A stretch of 64,000 nt of DNA from Octopus sinensis (lineage: Eukaryota), in the NCBI RefSeq assembly GCF_006345805.1, contig NC_043010.1:29016001-29080000 (forward strand). Direction: 5' to 3'. The translations under genes were made by a program, and so were the position numbers. Positions within the stretch are counted from its first letter, which is position 1, and every line of letters begins with the position of its first letter. Under the pieces are notes generated by a model that saw only the letters and a program-made list of their open reading frames with translations, searched no databases and was not told the origin of the DNA. Below, one piece after another: positions 13,740 to 25,959 of this stretch.

Positions 13740-14590
13740 TTTTTTAAGGATGGGGGCAATACTGGCCAGCACAATCTTTTGGATTTCTTTGAGACATGGT
13801 TCTCTTGGGATGTTGTCTAAATGTTTCTGGCAGCCCTTTTTTTTCATATCATACCTAGGGCACCTACAATAACAGGAACAGTTTTTGCTTTACGATTCCA
13901 CATTTTTTGGATTTTAATTTCCTTATATTTACTAATTTTGTCAAATTCCTTTACACGTATATTTTTATCAGCAGGGGATACTTATATTTATTAGTCTGCA
14001 AGTATTTTTTCCCTCTCTTTAATAATTATGTCAGGTCGATTATACTGGATCATTCTGTCAGTGTTGACTGGAAAATCCTAGAGGATAGTGACATTTTTAC
14101 CTTCAACAACTGGCTCAGGATGATGTTTGTACCAGTAAGCAGGGGTACAGATTTTGCACTGTTTAAGCATTTTCCAATATAAATACTGTTCTATCCTATC
14201 GTGGCGATTTTTGTATTCGTTTGGTGTCAGCACAGGACATTCTGAAACGAGATGGTCTATTGTCTCGTCGAATGTGTCGCAGAATCTGCATTTAGGGTCA
14301 GTACCGTTTTGAAGAACCGTTAGCCTGGTAATTTCCTGTTAGCAAGCTTTGATCTTGTGCTGCCAGTACGAAACCTTCCGTCTCTACTGTCAATCCTGAA
14401 CTCCTCAGCCACTGATGGGTTGTTGCTTGGTCAATATCAATATTTTGGCTTTGGAGAATGCATTTGTTTCTACGCGTTCTTTTTTGCAGTTTGCTTGATT
14501 CGTTTTGCTTGCTTGGTAGCGGTGATTTCAGCCTCCTCATCTAATTCAAGGTTAATGTCAAGTTCCCTTTCAAATTTATCCATCTAAAGA
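13740..14590 (-). mobile_element. R4/Dong-like LINE 3' fragment
   Basis: QWLRSSGLTVETEGFVLAAQDQSLLTGNY; VPVIVGALG near 13870. Confidence 0.85.
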
Positions 14591-14599
14591 CTGGATGAT

Positions 14600-15045
14600 A
14601 ACACTCGTTGAAAACCACGAGAGACGTAAGAAGCTTCATTTTGCTATGAAGGAGAGCAAAAAATTTGCTAGCGAATTCATGCATAATTGTCGAACAGCAT
14701 GATGGAAGTGTAGCAACTGTAATGTGTTGGAACAATTGGCTGATAGGTGGGAACCGAAACCTCTGCGTCTCTGCGTGGCAAATATGTGGCCCGTAGCAAA
14801 CAAGCTGATATAGACCAGAAGCATACCCATCAGTGGCTAGGCAGAGAGCGATGGCTTTATCTTGGCTGCTCAAGATCAGAGATTATTGACCCGTAACTCT
14901 CAAGCTTATGTGATGAAAAGTAGAGTAGATCCAAAATTCCGATACTGCAACGATAAGATTGAAATAGTGGACCACCTAATTTCTAGATGAAAAGTTTTGG
15001 CACCTATAGAGAATAAAGCAAGATATGAAAGAGTTGACCTTAAAA
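14600..15045 (+). mobile_element. R4/Dong-like LINE fragment
   Basis: DIDQKHTHQW..GFILAAQDQRLLTRN..KFRYCNDKIEIVDHLIS. Confidence 0.75.
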
Positions 15046-15049
15046 AAAT

Positions 15050-18000
15050 TTCGCCAGTAGAGAAGCCCAGAACTTCCGGGCTTCTCGAAAACCAAGGTGA
15101 GTAACCTCCTCATTTTCTTTCTCCGACTAGCATGGTTGTGATGAGAATAGGGTGTGTGAATGTGCGTGGTCTGGGATCAGCCTGGAAGCAAGGTCACTTT
15201 CTCAATGATCTCAGGTCACTTGATTTGGACATGGCTGCCATCAGTGAAACAAGGATCTCCGGAAAACACGCTCTAGCATCCATTTTCGAGGACTACGAGG
15301 TATTCTCATCTTGTGGTCTATCGGAAGCGAGTGGCGGTGTAGCAGTGCTACTCCGGAAATCCTCAGATCTCCAAGTACGGGATATCTTCCTGGATCCTGA
15401 TGGCATGTTGGTGGTCCTGGACGTGAACGGCAGTGAAGGTGGCGCCTTTAGGCTAGTGGCAGTTTATGCCCCAACAGGGGCTGGAAGGTCAGATTTCTTC
15501 AGGCGGCTACAATCATTTTTGGGAGCGTCTCGCACTTTAGTACTTAGTGGGGGACTGGAATAGTATTTTGGACGCACGGAAGGACTGTGTGGGCTTAGTA
15601 CGTAATAGAAGTGAGTGTAAAAGCCTTGAAACCTGCTCAGGACTTTCCAGCTTTCTGACTGCTATCGACTGGATTTCCTCGATGTGCCATTGTGGACATG
15701 GAGGAACCACAGCGGGTCATCCTGATCGTATTTAGATAGAGTATTTGTTCGGTCAGAGGACAGGGATAGCATAGGTTGTTAACAATTTAAATTGGTCGGC
15801 TACACCGATCACAAATTTGTGATATGCTCAGTCGAATTAGTTAGGATCCGTAGACAGGACCTGGTTACTGGAAGTTGAATGCGTCCCTACCAGCTCACAA
15901 AGACCACAGGGACCGGATTAGCGAACTAATTAAGCAGTAGTTGACGGGGGCTATCGTCAGCAACCGTGGTGGATCGCTCTGAAGAGAGCGATTAGAGTCG
16001 ACTCGATAACGTTTAGCAAAGGTTTAGCAATAGAAAGAAATAGATTAGAGGAAGAACTAGTTAGCAAACTAGAAGGGGCTATTAATAAAGGGATCGCGAC
16101 CGATGTGTTAGCGGCAAGAATGACCCTTGACTATTTCTTTGAGGCGAAACACGAAGGGTGCGTTGTCAGAGTTAAGGCTCGTGCGCTAAAACACGAAGAA
16201 ACTAAGCCGTCCGATGTGCCCGAATGGTAGAGACGCGACGTGGAAACAAAACCACGATCAAGTCTCTGACAGATCAGGACGGACGCGTGCTACTCGGTTC
16301 TGAGTAGATGTGTGCGGCTTTTAAGCAGCACTTTGCGTGGCTTTTCAGCAGCACTTTGCGTGGCTGTTTGTCCGTTGACAGGTGCGAGATTCTGCGAAAA
16401 ACCGATTACAGCCTCTGAAATACAGGAGGCGATGAGCGATTGCACAAGTCGTAAATCGCCCGGTTTCGACGGTCTACTCACGAATTCTATGTTTTCATGC
16501 CAGATTTGTTTGGAATCCCTTTGCAGGCAGATGTCTACAGTAACTGGCAGCAGAACGGGAGGACTCCTAGTGCTGTTAGCCGGGGTATAGTAACACTGCT
16601 GAGAAAGGACAGCGACAATGGGGACGTGCTAAAAAGAGAGCTTAAGATTTTGGCCAAGGTGTTAGCAGTGTATCCACGACAATCTCCACCTTATGCGCTA
16701 CATCGTAGAGAGGGCTGGGACTAAAGATGGCTTCAGTGGGACCTTGACCAATTTAGATCAGTCGAAAGCTTTCGATAGGGTAGATTATCGCTACTTGGGA
16801 GCCGTCCTTAAAGCGACCGGTTTCGGATCCATTCTCAGAGGCTGGATTGCTGCAATGCACAGCGGCACCTGCTCGGTGGTCAAAGTAAATGGCCTCCTAT
16901 CGGAACCGTTTAGTATCGCACGTTCGGTCAGTCAGGGCTGCCCACTGTCACCTCCTCTGTAAGTGCTGGTTCTCGAGCCACTGCTGCAGAAGTTGGAACA
17001 GTTAAGAGGCCTCCCTTTCGAAACTGGACTCGGGAGGGCAGTGTTTGCATACGCGGGCGACATCACCGTCATGGTGTCGGACGCCTCCGAACTGGAGACG
17101 GTCGGTTCCATTGTAAAGGAATATGAGTCGGTTGCAGGAGCTAAAATCAATGACGAAAAGTCGGCGGGATTGCGACTGAGCAACTGGAGAGACAGATCGA
17201 TGCCGTCGGACGCTGGACTGACGGATCAGTTAAACTGCTCGGGGAGTGATTCGGTCCCAGACTCCAAGTGGATAAGAATTGGGAAGAAGTGACGAATAGG
17301 GTAGTCTGTCTTACCCAGAAATGAGCGGAGAGGAAGTTGTCCTTGAAAGGTCGGGTAGAGGTGGCGAATGCCTACATTACTTTTGTATTATCTATCGTCT
17401 GACCGTTGTGCCTTGACCCAGTTACTGCTTGATTAGTTTGGAACGTATCCTGTTTCTTGTGAAAGGGACGCGTTTCAATGGTCAGGCGGTTAGTCTGCAG
17501 CCAACTCCCTGCATGCCAGGCGGTTAGTCTGCATGCCATAGCTTTTGATGCGCAGACACGCACTCAGGTTGCGCCACTTGCACCGATTTCTAAAAGGTGA
17601 ACGTGTGTGGGCTCCGTTTGTGAGACACGCCTTTCCGCAGCTCATCTGTTTGATGGAGCTGCAGTCCTGGATAAAGGATAGACCGAGAATGGGCGCCTGA
17701 CACTTTAAATGTCGTCAAGAGCTCACTGTCCTCTACAAGTTGGGCAACAGGATCGGTGGATATTATACTTCAGCTACATACAGAGGACTAGTAGCGGGGA
17801 AGTGCGACAACATCCTCAGGGAGACCCTAAGCATCGACGAAGACGAACTGGCAAGTCTATTCCGGAGGACTTTTCGATCGGGGACTTTTATGGATAATTT
17901 TCAGATGTCTTTGGCCCGGCGGTGCTACCGGTTCGTGATAAACTCTAGAGGCACGGATGTGCTGCCAGACGGGCTTGTCCGAGGTGCTCGCAGAGCGACG

Positions 18001-18630
18001 AAACCGTTCTGCATGCACTCGTTCAATGTCCGGGCATTGCTGACTCATGGAGTTATGTCGAACAGCTGCTGTCGCGTGTTGGACGGAACCGTCTGTCAGC
18101 CGAGTCCATAATGATGATTGCTCCGTCGTCCTCCTTTAACCGAGCAGGCAAGGTAGTTTTCCTTTGTCTGTGTCGAAAGAGGTTATGTGGTGGACGAGGC
18201 TGAAAGGAATGAGGATGGAAACATTCCTCTTTGGTAAAGCCTTCATCGACTTTTTCAAGTTTCACATGAAAAAGAAAGTGAGGGTGGAGAGGGAGGTGTT
18301 GTCCTCGAATGAATTTATGAAAAAGTGGGTGAAAGTTGCAAAAATGGCAAAAGTGGATGGTACCACTTTCAGTGTAGACCTGTGAGTCGGAAGAAAGGAG
18401 TTGGAGAGGGTATTCGTCCTTGGTATTCTGGGTGATTCATAGAGATCCTCTATCACTTTTTCTCCACTCTTCTTTTTGTGTCGTATACTAATGTATACTT
18501 TCCCCTCTTCTAATGTATACTGTTCTTTCTTTTCTTTTTTATCATTCCATCATATGCAAACCCACGCACTTTATGTCTGTCTTTGTATTGTCCCCTCATC
18601 CTTCGCCCCGGTGGCAAATATAAGAAATCA
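15050..18630 (+). mobile_element. L1-clade (Tx1-like) LINE ORF2, degenerate
   Basis: APE: VNVRGL, AAISET, GGVAVLL, VAVYAP, GDWN. RT: LDQSKAFDRV, SVSQGCPLSP, FAYAGDIT. C-terminal EREVLSSNEFMKKW; many stops and frameshifts. Confidence 0.9.
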
Positions 18631-18643
18631 ACATTATCATTAA

Positions 18644-18835
18644 TAAGGCGGCAAGCTAGCAGAATCGTTAGCACGCTGGGCTAAATTCTTAGCCGCATTT
18701 CGTCCGTCTTAACGTTCTGATTTCAAATTCTACCGGGATCGACTTTCATCCTTTCGGGGTCGATAAAATAAGTAGCACTTGTACACTGAGATCAATGTCA
18801 TCGATTTAGTCCCTCTCCAAAGCTGCTGACCCTGT
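18644..18835 (+). mobile_element. Octopus-type tRNA-derived SINE
   Basis: aaggcggcaagctagcagaatcgttagc head plus shared core. Confidence 0.8.
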
Positions 18836-19159
18836 TCAAAAATTTGAAACTAATTTCTTAGCAACGCAGGTGTACCTACATCTATAGCCATGATAGCTTT
18901 TGGTATACTGTCCAAAAGAGAGATTTAATGGTCGACGGAGTCTTTCATGTTTACTGCTGGTCATTTGGCCCTCTCTCTTCAAACAGATTGACGAAACGGC
19001 AGTAAAAAATGTGAGAATGTGACTATTGGGCGCAGTTGTTTGGACGCTGACGATTTGGCATGACTGATTTGACGTTCAACTTGTTTTAGCAACAGTATGT
19101 TTTGGCACTGGAAGCAAACGCACACATACACACAAGCACACAGATAGAAAAGCTGAGAG

Positions 19160-19177
19160 AGAAAAGAAGGGAGAGAG

Positions 19178-19250
<73 letters not shown>
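19160..19250. repeat. (GA)n microsatellite
   Basis: Direct reading. Confidence 0.9.
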
Positions 19251-19253
<3 letters not shown>

Positions 19254-19712
19254 GGAACGAAAGAAATATCAAAATGTCTGATGTCAAAGAAGTCAACGTT
19301 GGATCAGCGACACCAAATAAGCAGCGTCCAAACGTCACATCCTGCAAAAATATCTCACATCACTTGTGATTCGGTCATCGCAAGTTACCTCCTCTTGTCT
19401 CCTGTTGTAGAGTCTATAATGGTTTTATTGCCATTCGGACTCAGTAAGTAGTTTCCCTTACATCTTACTTTACTTCTGATAGCACTTCGTCATTTTTGTT
19501 TAGTCCCTAGTTTGCCTTCATCAAACACATTTCTAGTAGTGACCGTCTCTCCTTTATTTTCAAGTATAGTGTAGTTAAGACCACATTACGAAATATGTTC
19601 GTTTTCTTTTTTTAAGAGACAATAGGATGTGAGTGACTGCTGTTTCTAGCAAGTGGAACGGCCTAATAGAGGCTTTCCACATTAAACCATCGATTCACTG
19701 ATGTCTTTAGAA

Positions 19713-19860
19713 TTGATGATGATGATAACGATAACGATGATGATGTTGTTGTTGATGATGATGATGATGATGATGATATATTGATAACGAAGTTGTTGAT
19801 GATGATGATAATGAAGATGATGGCGGTGGTGATGATGTCGATAACGATGGGGATGATGCT
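19713..19860. repeat. Degenerate (GAT)n array
   Basis: Direct reading. Confidence 0.85.
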
Positions 19861-20442
19861 ATAAAAAAAAACCTAAGCTATTTATGTAACATTTAACATG
19901 TCTCATTGTTAACAGAACGCTTTGTGCATCGACTTCCCATAAATTTTCTGCTCGACTTTGCATGACGAGACACAGCAACATTGAACAACAGATCAACTTG
20001 CGTAACGACAGACGACATGAAAGCTATTTATTTACAATCATTTCTACTCCAATATATTCAATTTCTTTCTGCTTTGTTTTTATAAGCTTTCTTGTTTTAC
20101 ATTCTTTTCACTGTGTCTGGTCAAGGGTTAAATCACACAATCACCTCAGATATGTGTGGACATGTTTTACAACAAATGGACTCAAACTCATCGAAAAACT
20201 TTCAACGCCAGCAGCAGCAGCACCGCCGCCGCCGCCACCATCAGCAACGTTCGCTCGATGGCGGCTTACAGCTGATATTTTTATTAGTCTGCTATATACT
20301 GTTGTCACAACAATCCCATGTTTCCATAGTTTTCTTTATTCACATTATTTATGTGTGTGTGTGCAGCATGTGTGTGCATGTGTGTGAATATATATATATC
20401 AAGTTGTAATGAAAGATTTGTCCGTTTTAAAAAGCTCAATAA

Positions 20443-20663
20443 AATAATCTTTTCTATTCTCGACACAAGGCCCGAAATTTTTGTGGAGAGAATCAGTCGA
20501 TTAGCTCGACCCAGTACGCTACTGGTACTTAATTCATCGACCGCCCGAAAGGATGAAAGGTAAAGTCGACTTCGGCGGAATTTGAACTCAGAACGTAATG
20601 ACAGATGAAATACCGCTAAGCATTTCACCCGGTGTGCTAATGTTTCTGCCAGCTCGCCGCCTT
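20443..20663 (-). mobile_element. Octopus-type tRNA-derived SINE
   Basis: Reverse complement of the 8610 and 18644 family. Confidence 0.85.
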
Positions 20664-20699
20664 AGCTCAATAAAATAATAAAAGGACAGTATCTGATTT

Positions 20700-21780
20700 A
20701 TTTATTCGTTAATATGGTCACCATTCTTTCCAATGACCTCTTTTCGTCTGTCAATGTGATTTTTAATGTTACGTTTATAAAATTCCTTAGGTTTAGTGAA
20801 AAAGGAAATTAGCTCATTTTCGACTTCGGCTCTTAAAGTAAGTCTAGTCCACTCAAATGATTTTGTAAACTTCTAAAGAGATGGTGATTTGCAAGTTGCG
20901 AGGTCCGGAGAATAGGGTGGGTGACGTATAATTTCTCAAGTATATTTTTCCAGGAGATCTTTGCTCTTTTGAGCAGTGTGGGGTCTAGCGTTGTCATGAT
21001 GAAAGATGACTCCTTTTCTTTTAGTTAACGATGGACGTTTTTGTTGCAAAGCTGTTTTCAAATATGTTAGCTGTCGGCAGTATACATCGGTTGTCATTGT
21101 TTGATTATCATCTAGCAGTTCGTGATGAATTAAGCTATGCATATCGCAACATGCACTCAAAAGAATCTTCCTTGGATGCTGGCCACTTTTAGGCTGCTGT
21201 GTTGGCCCTTCATAACAACTGAGTCACTGACGTTTTCGCTTAACATTATGGTAAAGTATTCATTTTTCATCTCCAGTAATGACTACCCAAAGAAGGTATT
21301 TGTTACCCACGAGATCGCAATGATGCACAATAGTCAACACGTTTGCGATTGTCTGTAGAGAAATTATGCGGGACCGTTTTCCAATTTTTGACACTTTGGG
21401 AAGCCTTTACAATTCACGATAAATGGTAGTGAGGCTCACGTTGAAGCCCATGCTTTATCCCCGAACTATAACAGCCGGGTCTGCTTCAACAATGGCTTTA
21501 ATGCGTCAGGATATAGCCCTCCTGGGCGCCCTTCTCTTGATTTATTCGGCAGGCTGTAGACTTTATGAATTATGAAAAATAACCGCATGTGCTGTCAGTC
21601 ATTACGCCTTTACTATAAATGTTTTGGAGTGATTCTATTGCTGCACTTACACTATTCTCTTTTCGAAATTCATAAAGAATAACGTGACGAATATGTTCTT
21701 TGCTTTGAGTGAACATGGAGCAAACTTCAATTATGAAAAGAAAGTTAAAAGTCTGAAAGAAAATGAAAGAAAACTACATA
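20700..21780 (-). mobile_element. Mariner (DD34D) transposon, degenerate
   Basis: GVIFHHDNARPH and YSPDLAT..HLFRSL. Confidence 0.85.
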
Positions 21781-21888
21781 TTAATGATTTCTTCATATTT
21801 CATATAGAATTGGGAAGTTAAACATACACACACGCATGCATACACACATACATACATACATACATACATACATACATACATACATACA

Positions 21889-21951
<63 letters not shown>

Positions 21952-22059
21952 GGATCAAAACAGTTTGATTCGGATTCCGTGCTACTTAAAGTTTCCAAGC
22001 CCCTAATGCTACTTTTTGTCAAGTTGGTGGAAATTCATACACACGCGCACATACGCGCG

Positions 22060-22117
<58 letters not shown>

Positions 22118-22393
22118 TTGTACAAAAAACCCTCTAAAAACAAAAGATAGAGACAGGTGAGGGAAGAACAAATAAGGTCTATTAGTTTAACGCTCAGGGA
22201 AAATGGAGGAGTCGTTGACGTTTTGAACTTTCGCTCTTCTAAAGAAAGGAACGAAGAGAGAAAACAGATAGAGAGAAGGCAGACTGAGAGAAGAAAAAAA
22301 AAACAGGTGGAAGCGTACCACCTCCATGTAGCACGCTTGAACAATTGTGAATATTTACCATGAAACAATTGGTTGCCTTGTTAACAGACAAAT

Positions 22394-22430
<37 letters not shown>

Positions 22431-22889
22431 TGCATTCTTTTTTTTTCCAAGAAATGAATGAAAAAGAGTTACAAGCATTCGAAATTATATAATTTTAGCC
22501 AATTGGCTGCCTCACTTGTCAGATACAACGGATATCCTGACTGTTCGTCTCCGTGGGAACAGCATACGCGAAACCTTTTTGTGGTCTCTCGATCTGCTAG
22601 AAATAGCGGCAAAGTCTTGCTTAAACTATACCATAACCTCTAAAACAACCAAAAAGAGACGACATATTGTGCCATAGCACTTTTCATTTCCTCGCTTGAG
22701 GCTGGCCCAAGAGTTTTCAATTGTTGAATGTTACCAATAACATTTAAATCAAAGTCAATCTCCATGGATGTGAAATTTTATCGAACAATATGTCGTCTCT
22801 TTTTGGTTGTTTTAGATGTTATCGTATATGATTTCGTCATTCAGATTATTCTGTCAGATGTAATGCTTATTTATTCATAATACTCAACA

Positions 22890-23056
22890 AAGGCGCAGGA
22901 GTGGCTGTGTGGTAAGTAGCTTGCTAACCAACCACATGGTTCCGGGTTCAGTCCCACTGCGTGGCATCTTGGGCAAGTGTCCTCTGCTATAGCCCCGGGC
23001 CGACCAATGCCTTGTGAGTGGATTTGGTAGACGGACACTGAAAGAAGCCTGTCGTA

Positions 23057-23132
<76 letters not shown>

Positions 23133-23380
23133 ATGTGTTTGTGTGTCTGTGTTTGTCCCCCTAGCATTGCTTGACAACCGAAGCTGGTGTATTACGTCCC
23201 CGTCACTTAGCGGTTCGGCAAAAGAGCCCGATAGAATAAGTACTGGGCTTACAAAGAATAAATCCCGGGGTCGATTTGCTCGACTAAAGGCGGTGCTCCA
23301 GCATGGCCGCAGTCAAATGACTGAAACAAGTAAAAGAGTAAAAAAGAGTTAAAGAGTAAAAAAGAGTAAAAGAGAGTAAA
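22890..23380 (+). mobile_element. Full-length long octopus-type tRNA SINE with internal (TA)n(TG)n and a GAGTAAAA tail
   Basis: A-box tggctgtgtgg and B-box gggttcagtcc; related copies at 41.5k, 51.8k and 58.8k. Confidence 0.9.
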
Positions 23381-23519
23381 TGGCCTGCCTCAAGCGAGGA
23401 AATGAACGGTTCTGCAGCACGTTTCGTCCTTTTCTTAAAAAAACATAATGGCGTAGATTGAAGAAGATTTGACTGCTATTTCTAGCAAGTCAAGAAACCA
23501 TGTAAATGTTTCGTATGTG

Positions 23520-24730
23520 GGTAATTCCGTACGAAATCAACGCAAAAACTCCCCAAAACATTGAAGGTGACCGAATCCAATTTCTTTCAAAATTGGCCTT
23601 CATATGAAACCCTTAAATATAATTTTTTTTTTACCTGACTCTAATATTTGCTGAGTTATGAGCCTTTTGAAATTTTCAAAAAAGTAACATTTTTTTTCGG
23701 TTACTGAATAACTTTGACAAGTCATACCTCAGCTAATATTTGAGCTAGAAAGCTCAATTTTTTTTCATTTTAAAATATTTAAATAGATCAACAACTTTTG
23801 TTTTGTGTATTTTTTCCTTATGATAAAATAAAAAAAGTTGACCTAAAATTTGACGTTTCATCGATGTTTTTGAAATATTGTCCAAATATTGCCCTACTTA
23901 GTACAACTCACATTAAAAAAAAAAAATGGGATCTCAATGGAAAGTATTTTTAATAAGTATAATTATAGTGAAAAGTATTGACAAATTATCAAAAATCGCT
24001 TACTAAGCAAGACAATTTGAGCTTGAAGGAGAAAACAAAATGCTGATAATTAAAATAAGCATTTTTATTATTTCAATAACAATGTCTACTTTCATTGTAA
24101 CTACTTTTCAGCTCTGCTATGGTCAATGGTGGAAAGGTCACTGTCAACACTTAGAATCATCAAACAAATTGTTGGCCTCCCCATCGCCTTAGGGGCCACT
24201 CTGATAGCTTAGTAGATAAAGTCACATGTCGCAACCTCCCACACTTGCTTTACTTTAAATGATTAGGCACTTGTTAGATGGAATTCTGAAATCTTCGAAA
24301 TTTAATGAGATAATTCTCTTGAAATTAATAATTGTGATGCATGTTTAATTTTTTTTTTCTTTCAAAGTATACGTTCTTCCTGTAGCAGTTATGGGGTCAA
24401 ATTTACAAAGGATATCTAAATAACTCACTGTTAAAACATTTGACTTTCTAGGATATTGAAATGATGATGAGGGTCATTTAGGTTTAGGAAACTTGTATAG
24501 TTTAACTTGTATAGTTTCTGAGTATGTTTCTAGAATACAGGCTAACCACCAGTCACTGTCATAAATTGCAGCTACAAACCCTTTTATATCTTCAAATTGA
24601 ATAGCATCTTGCATGGAGATGTTGCTTAAGTGTCCTAGGAAACAAATGATCACGCGCGTGTGATTTGATTCTGGGATAAGCGAGTCGTATTTAGGAGAAA
24701 ATACGAAAAAATTGAAAAAAGGAGACAAAC
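23520..24730 (-). mobile_element. DNA transposon 3' remnant, probably CMC/Chapaev-like
   Basis: GFVAAIYDSDWWLACIL..PSSFQYPRKSNVL..DILCKFDPITATGRTYTL resembles a C-terminal domain I recall from such transposases; superfamily is uncertain. Confidence 0.45.
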
Positions 24731-24763
24731 GTTCAGGATGTTATTAAAACATTTATATCTTCA

Positions 24764-24854
24764 TATCTTCTACATATGTTTCGATGGACGCATTAAAATA
24801 CGTCCGACAGGAAGAATTATGGTCAGCTATGCATCAATCTCATCAGGAAAGATA
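24764..24854 (-). ncRNA. Type I hammerhead ribozyme motif (PLE-terminal-repeat-like fragment)
   Basis: CTGATGA-GAT..ATC-GAAAC-ATAT-GTA; flanks tatctttc/gaagata pair imperfectly as stem I. Confidence 0.6.
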
Positions 24855-25258
24855 CAAACAACAACATTTATCAAATAGACATTTTTACAGATATAGGAAG
24901 CCCTAGATAACGACAAATGGAGAATGTGTAGTGAGAGGGATGAAACGATATGACAAAATCGTTAGTGAATGAGTCAAGGTCACTTTTCGTTAAGCATGGT
25001 CAAAGAACTGCAAAAAGAGCTTCATGGTATGTATGCTCTTTCTGGAACTTTGCCATCACAAATCTGCTTTTGGTTACTTTATAACTGTTGACTATTCTGA
25101 AAATGCTTTCCCAGTGGATAATTAGCTTGAACATGTACACACGCGCATATATGCAACATGCATACATAAACACTCACACACACACACACATATATATATA
25201 TATACACACACACACATATATATGTACATAAATACACATACACATATATATATGTACA

Positions 25259-25314
<56 letters not shown>

Positions 25315-25559
25315 CATACACAATATATATATAGGAGGTGGTTGATTGTTTGGGATTTTTCCTTTAGTTGGTATGATGTCAGTAGACAGTACTCGGAACC
25401 TTCCACCCTAAGAGTGACACCGATAGGCTGTACTTGTCCAGCAGAAATGGTGGGAGAGGTTTGATCAGTTGCCAGGACTGTATCGAAGCAGAGGAAAACA
25501 GCTTAGGGTGGTATATAAAGAAATGCCGTGGAGCCACTGTTGAAACATGCAATGAAGAC

Positions 25560-25906
25560 CGGCGTCATCAAAACTGAAAATTGTGTAACGAAGGAAAAAT
25601 TTAAGCAAGAAATAAACGAAAAAAAAGGAAAGACAAAGCATGGAAAGAAAAATGTACGGTTAATTTGCAAGAGATGTGAACGCCAAGACAGATACAGAGG
25701 ATAGGTGGCTATGGCTGAGGAGGAGTGATCTGAAGATAGAGATAGAAATACTCATATGCGCAGCTCAGGAGCAAGCGTTATGGACTAACAATATGAAGTG
25801 TAGAATAGACAACGCTACCGATAACGACAAATGAAGAATGTGTAGTGAGAGGGATGAAACGGAATGACACATCGTTAGCGAATACCCGAAATTGGTGTGC
25901 AAAAGC

Positions 25907-25907
<1 letters not shown>
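25560..25907 (+). mobile_element. R4/Dong-like LINE fragment (pre-RLE region)
   Basis: WLRRSDLKIEIEILICAAQEQAL..DK*RMCSERDET; ends in (AAT)n; short related copy at ~24905-24980. Confidence 0.75.
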
Positions 25908-25956
<49 letters not shown>

Positions 25957-25959
25957 CCA

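Noticed and set aside
13740-15045. Twin-priming inversion of one R4/Dong element
   Set aside because: The two fragments overlap in the same domain yet differ strongly in sequence, so they are two separate elements.
18850-20400. Promoter or exon in unique-looking sequence near (GA)n and CAG/CCG runs
   Set aside because: No splice-supported frame or recognisable motif can be defended from sequence alone.
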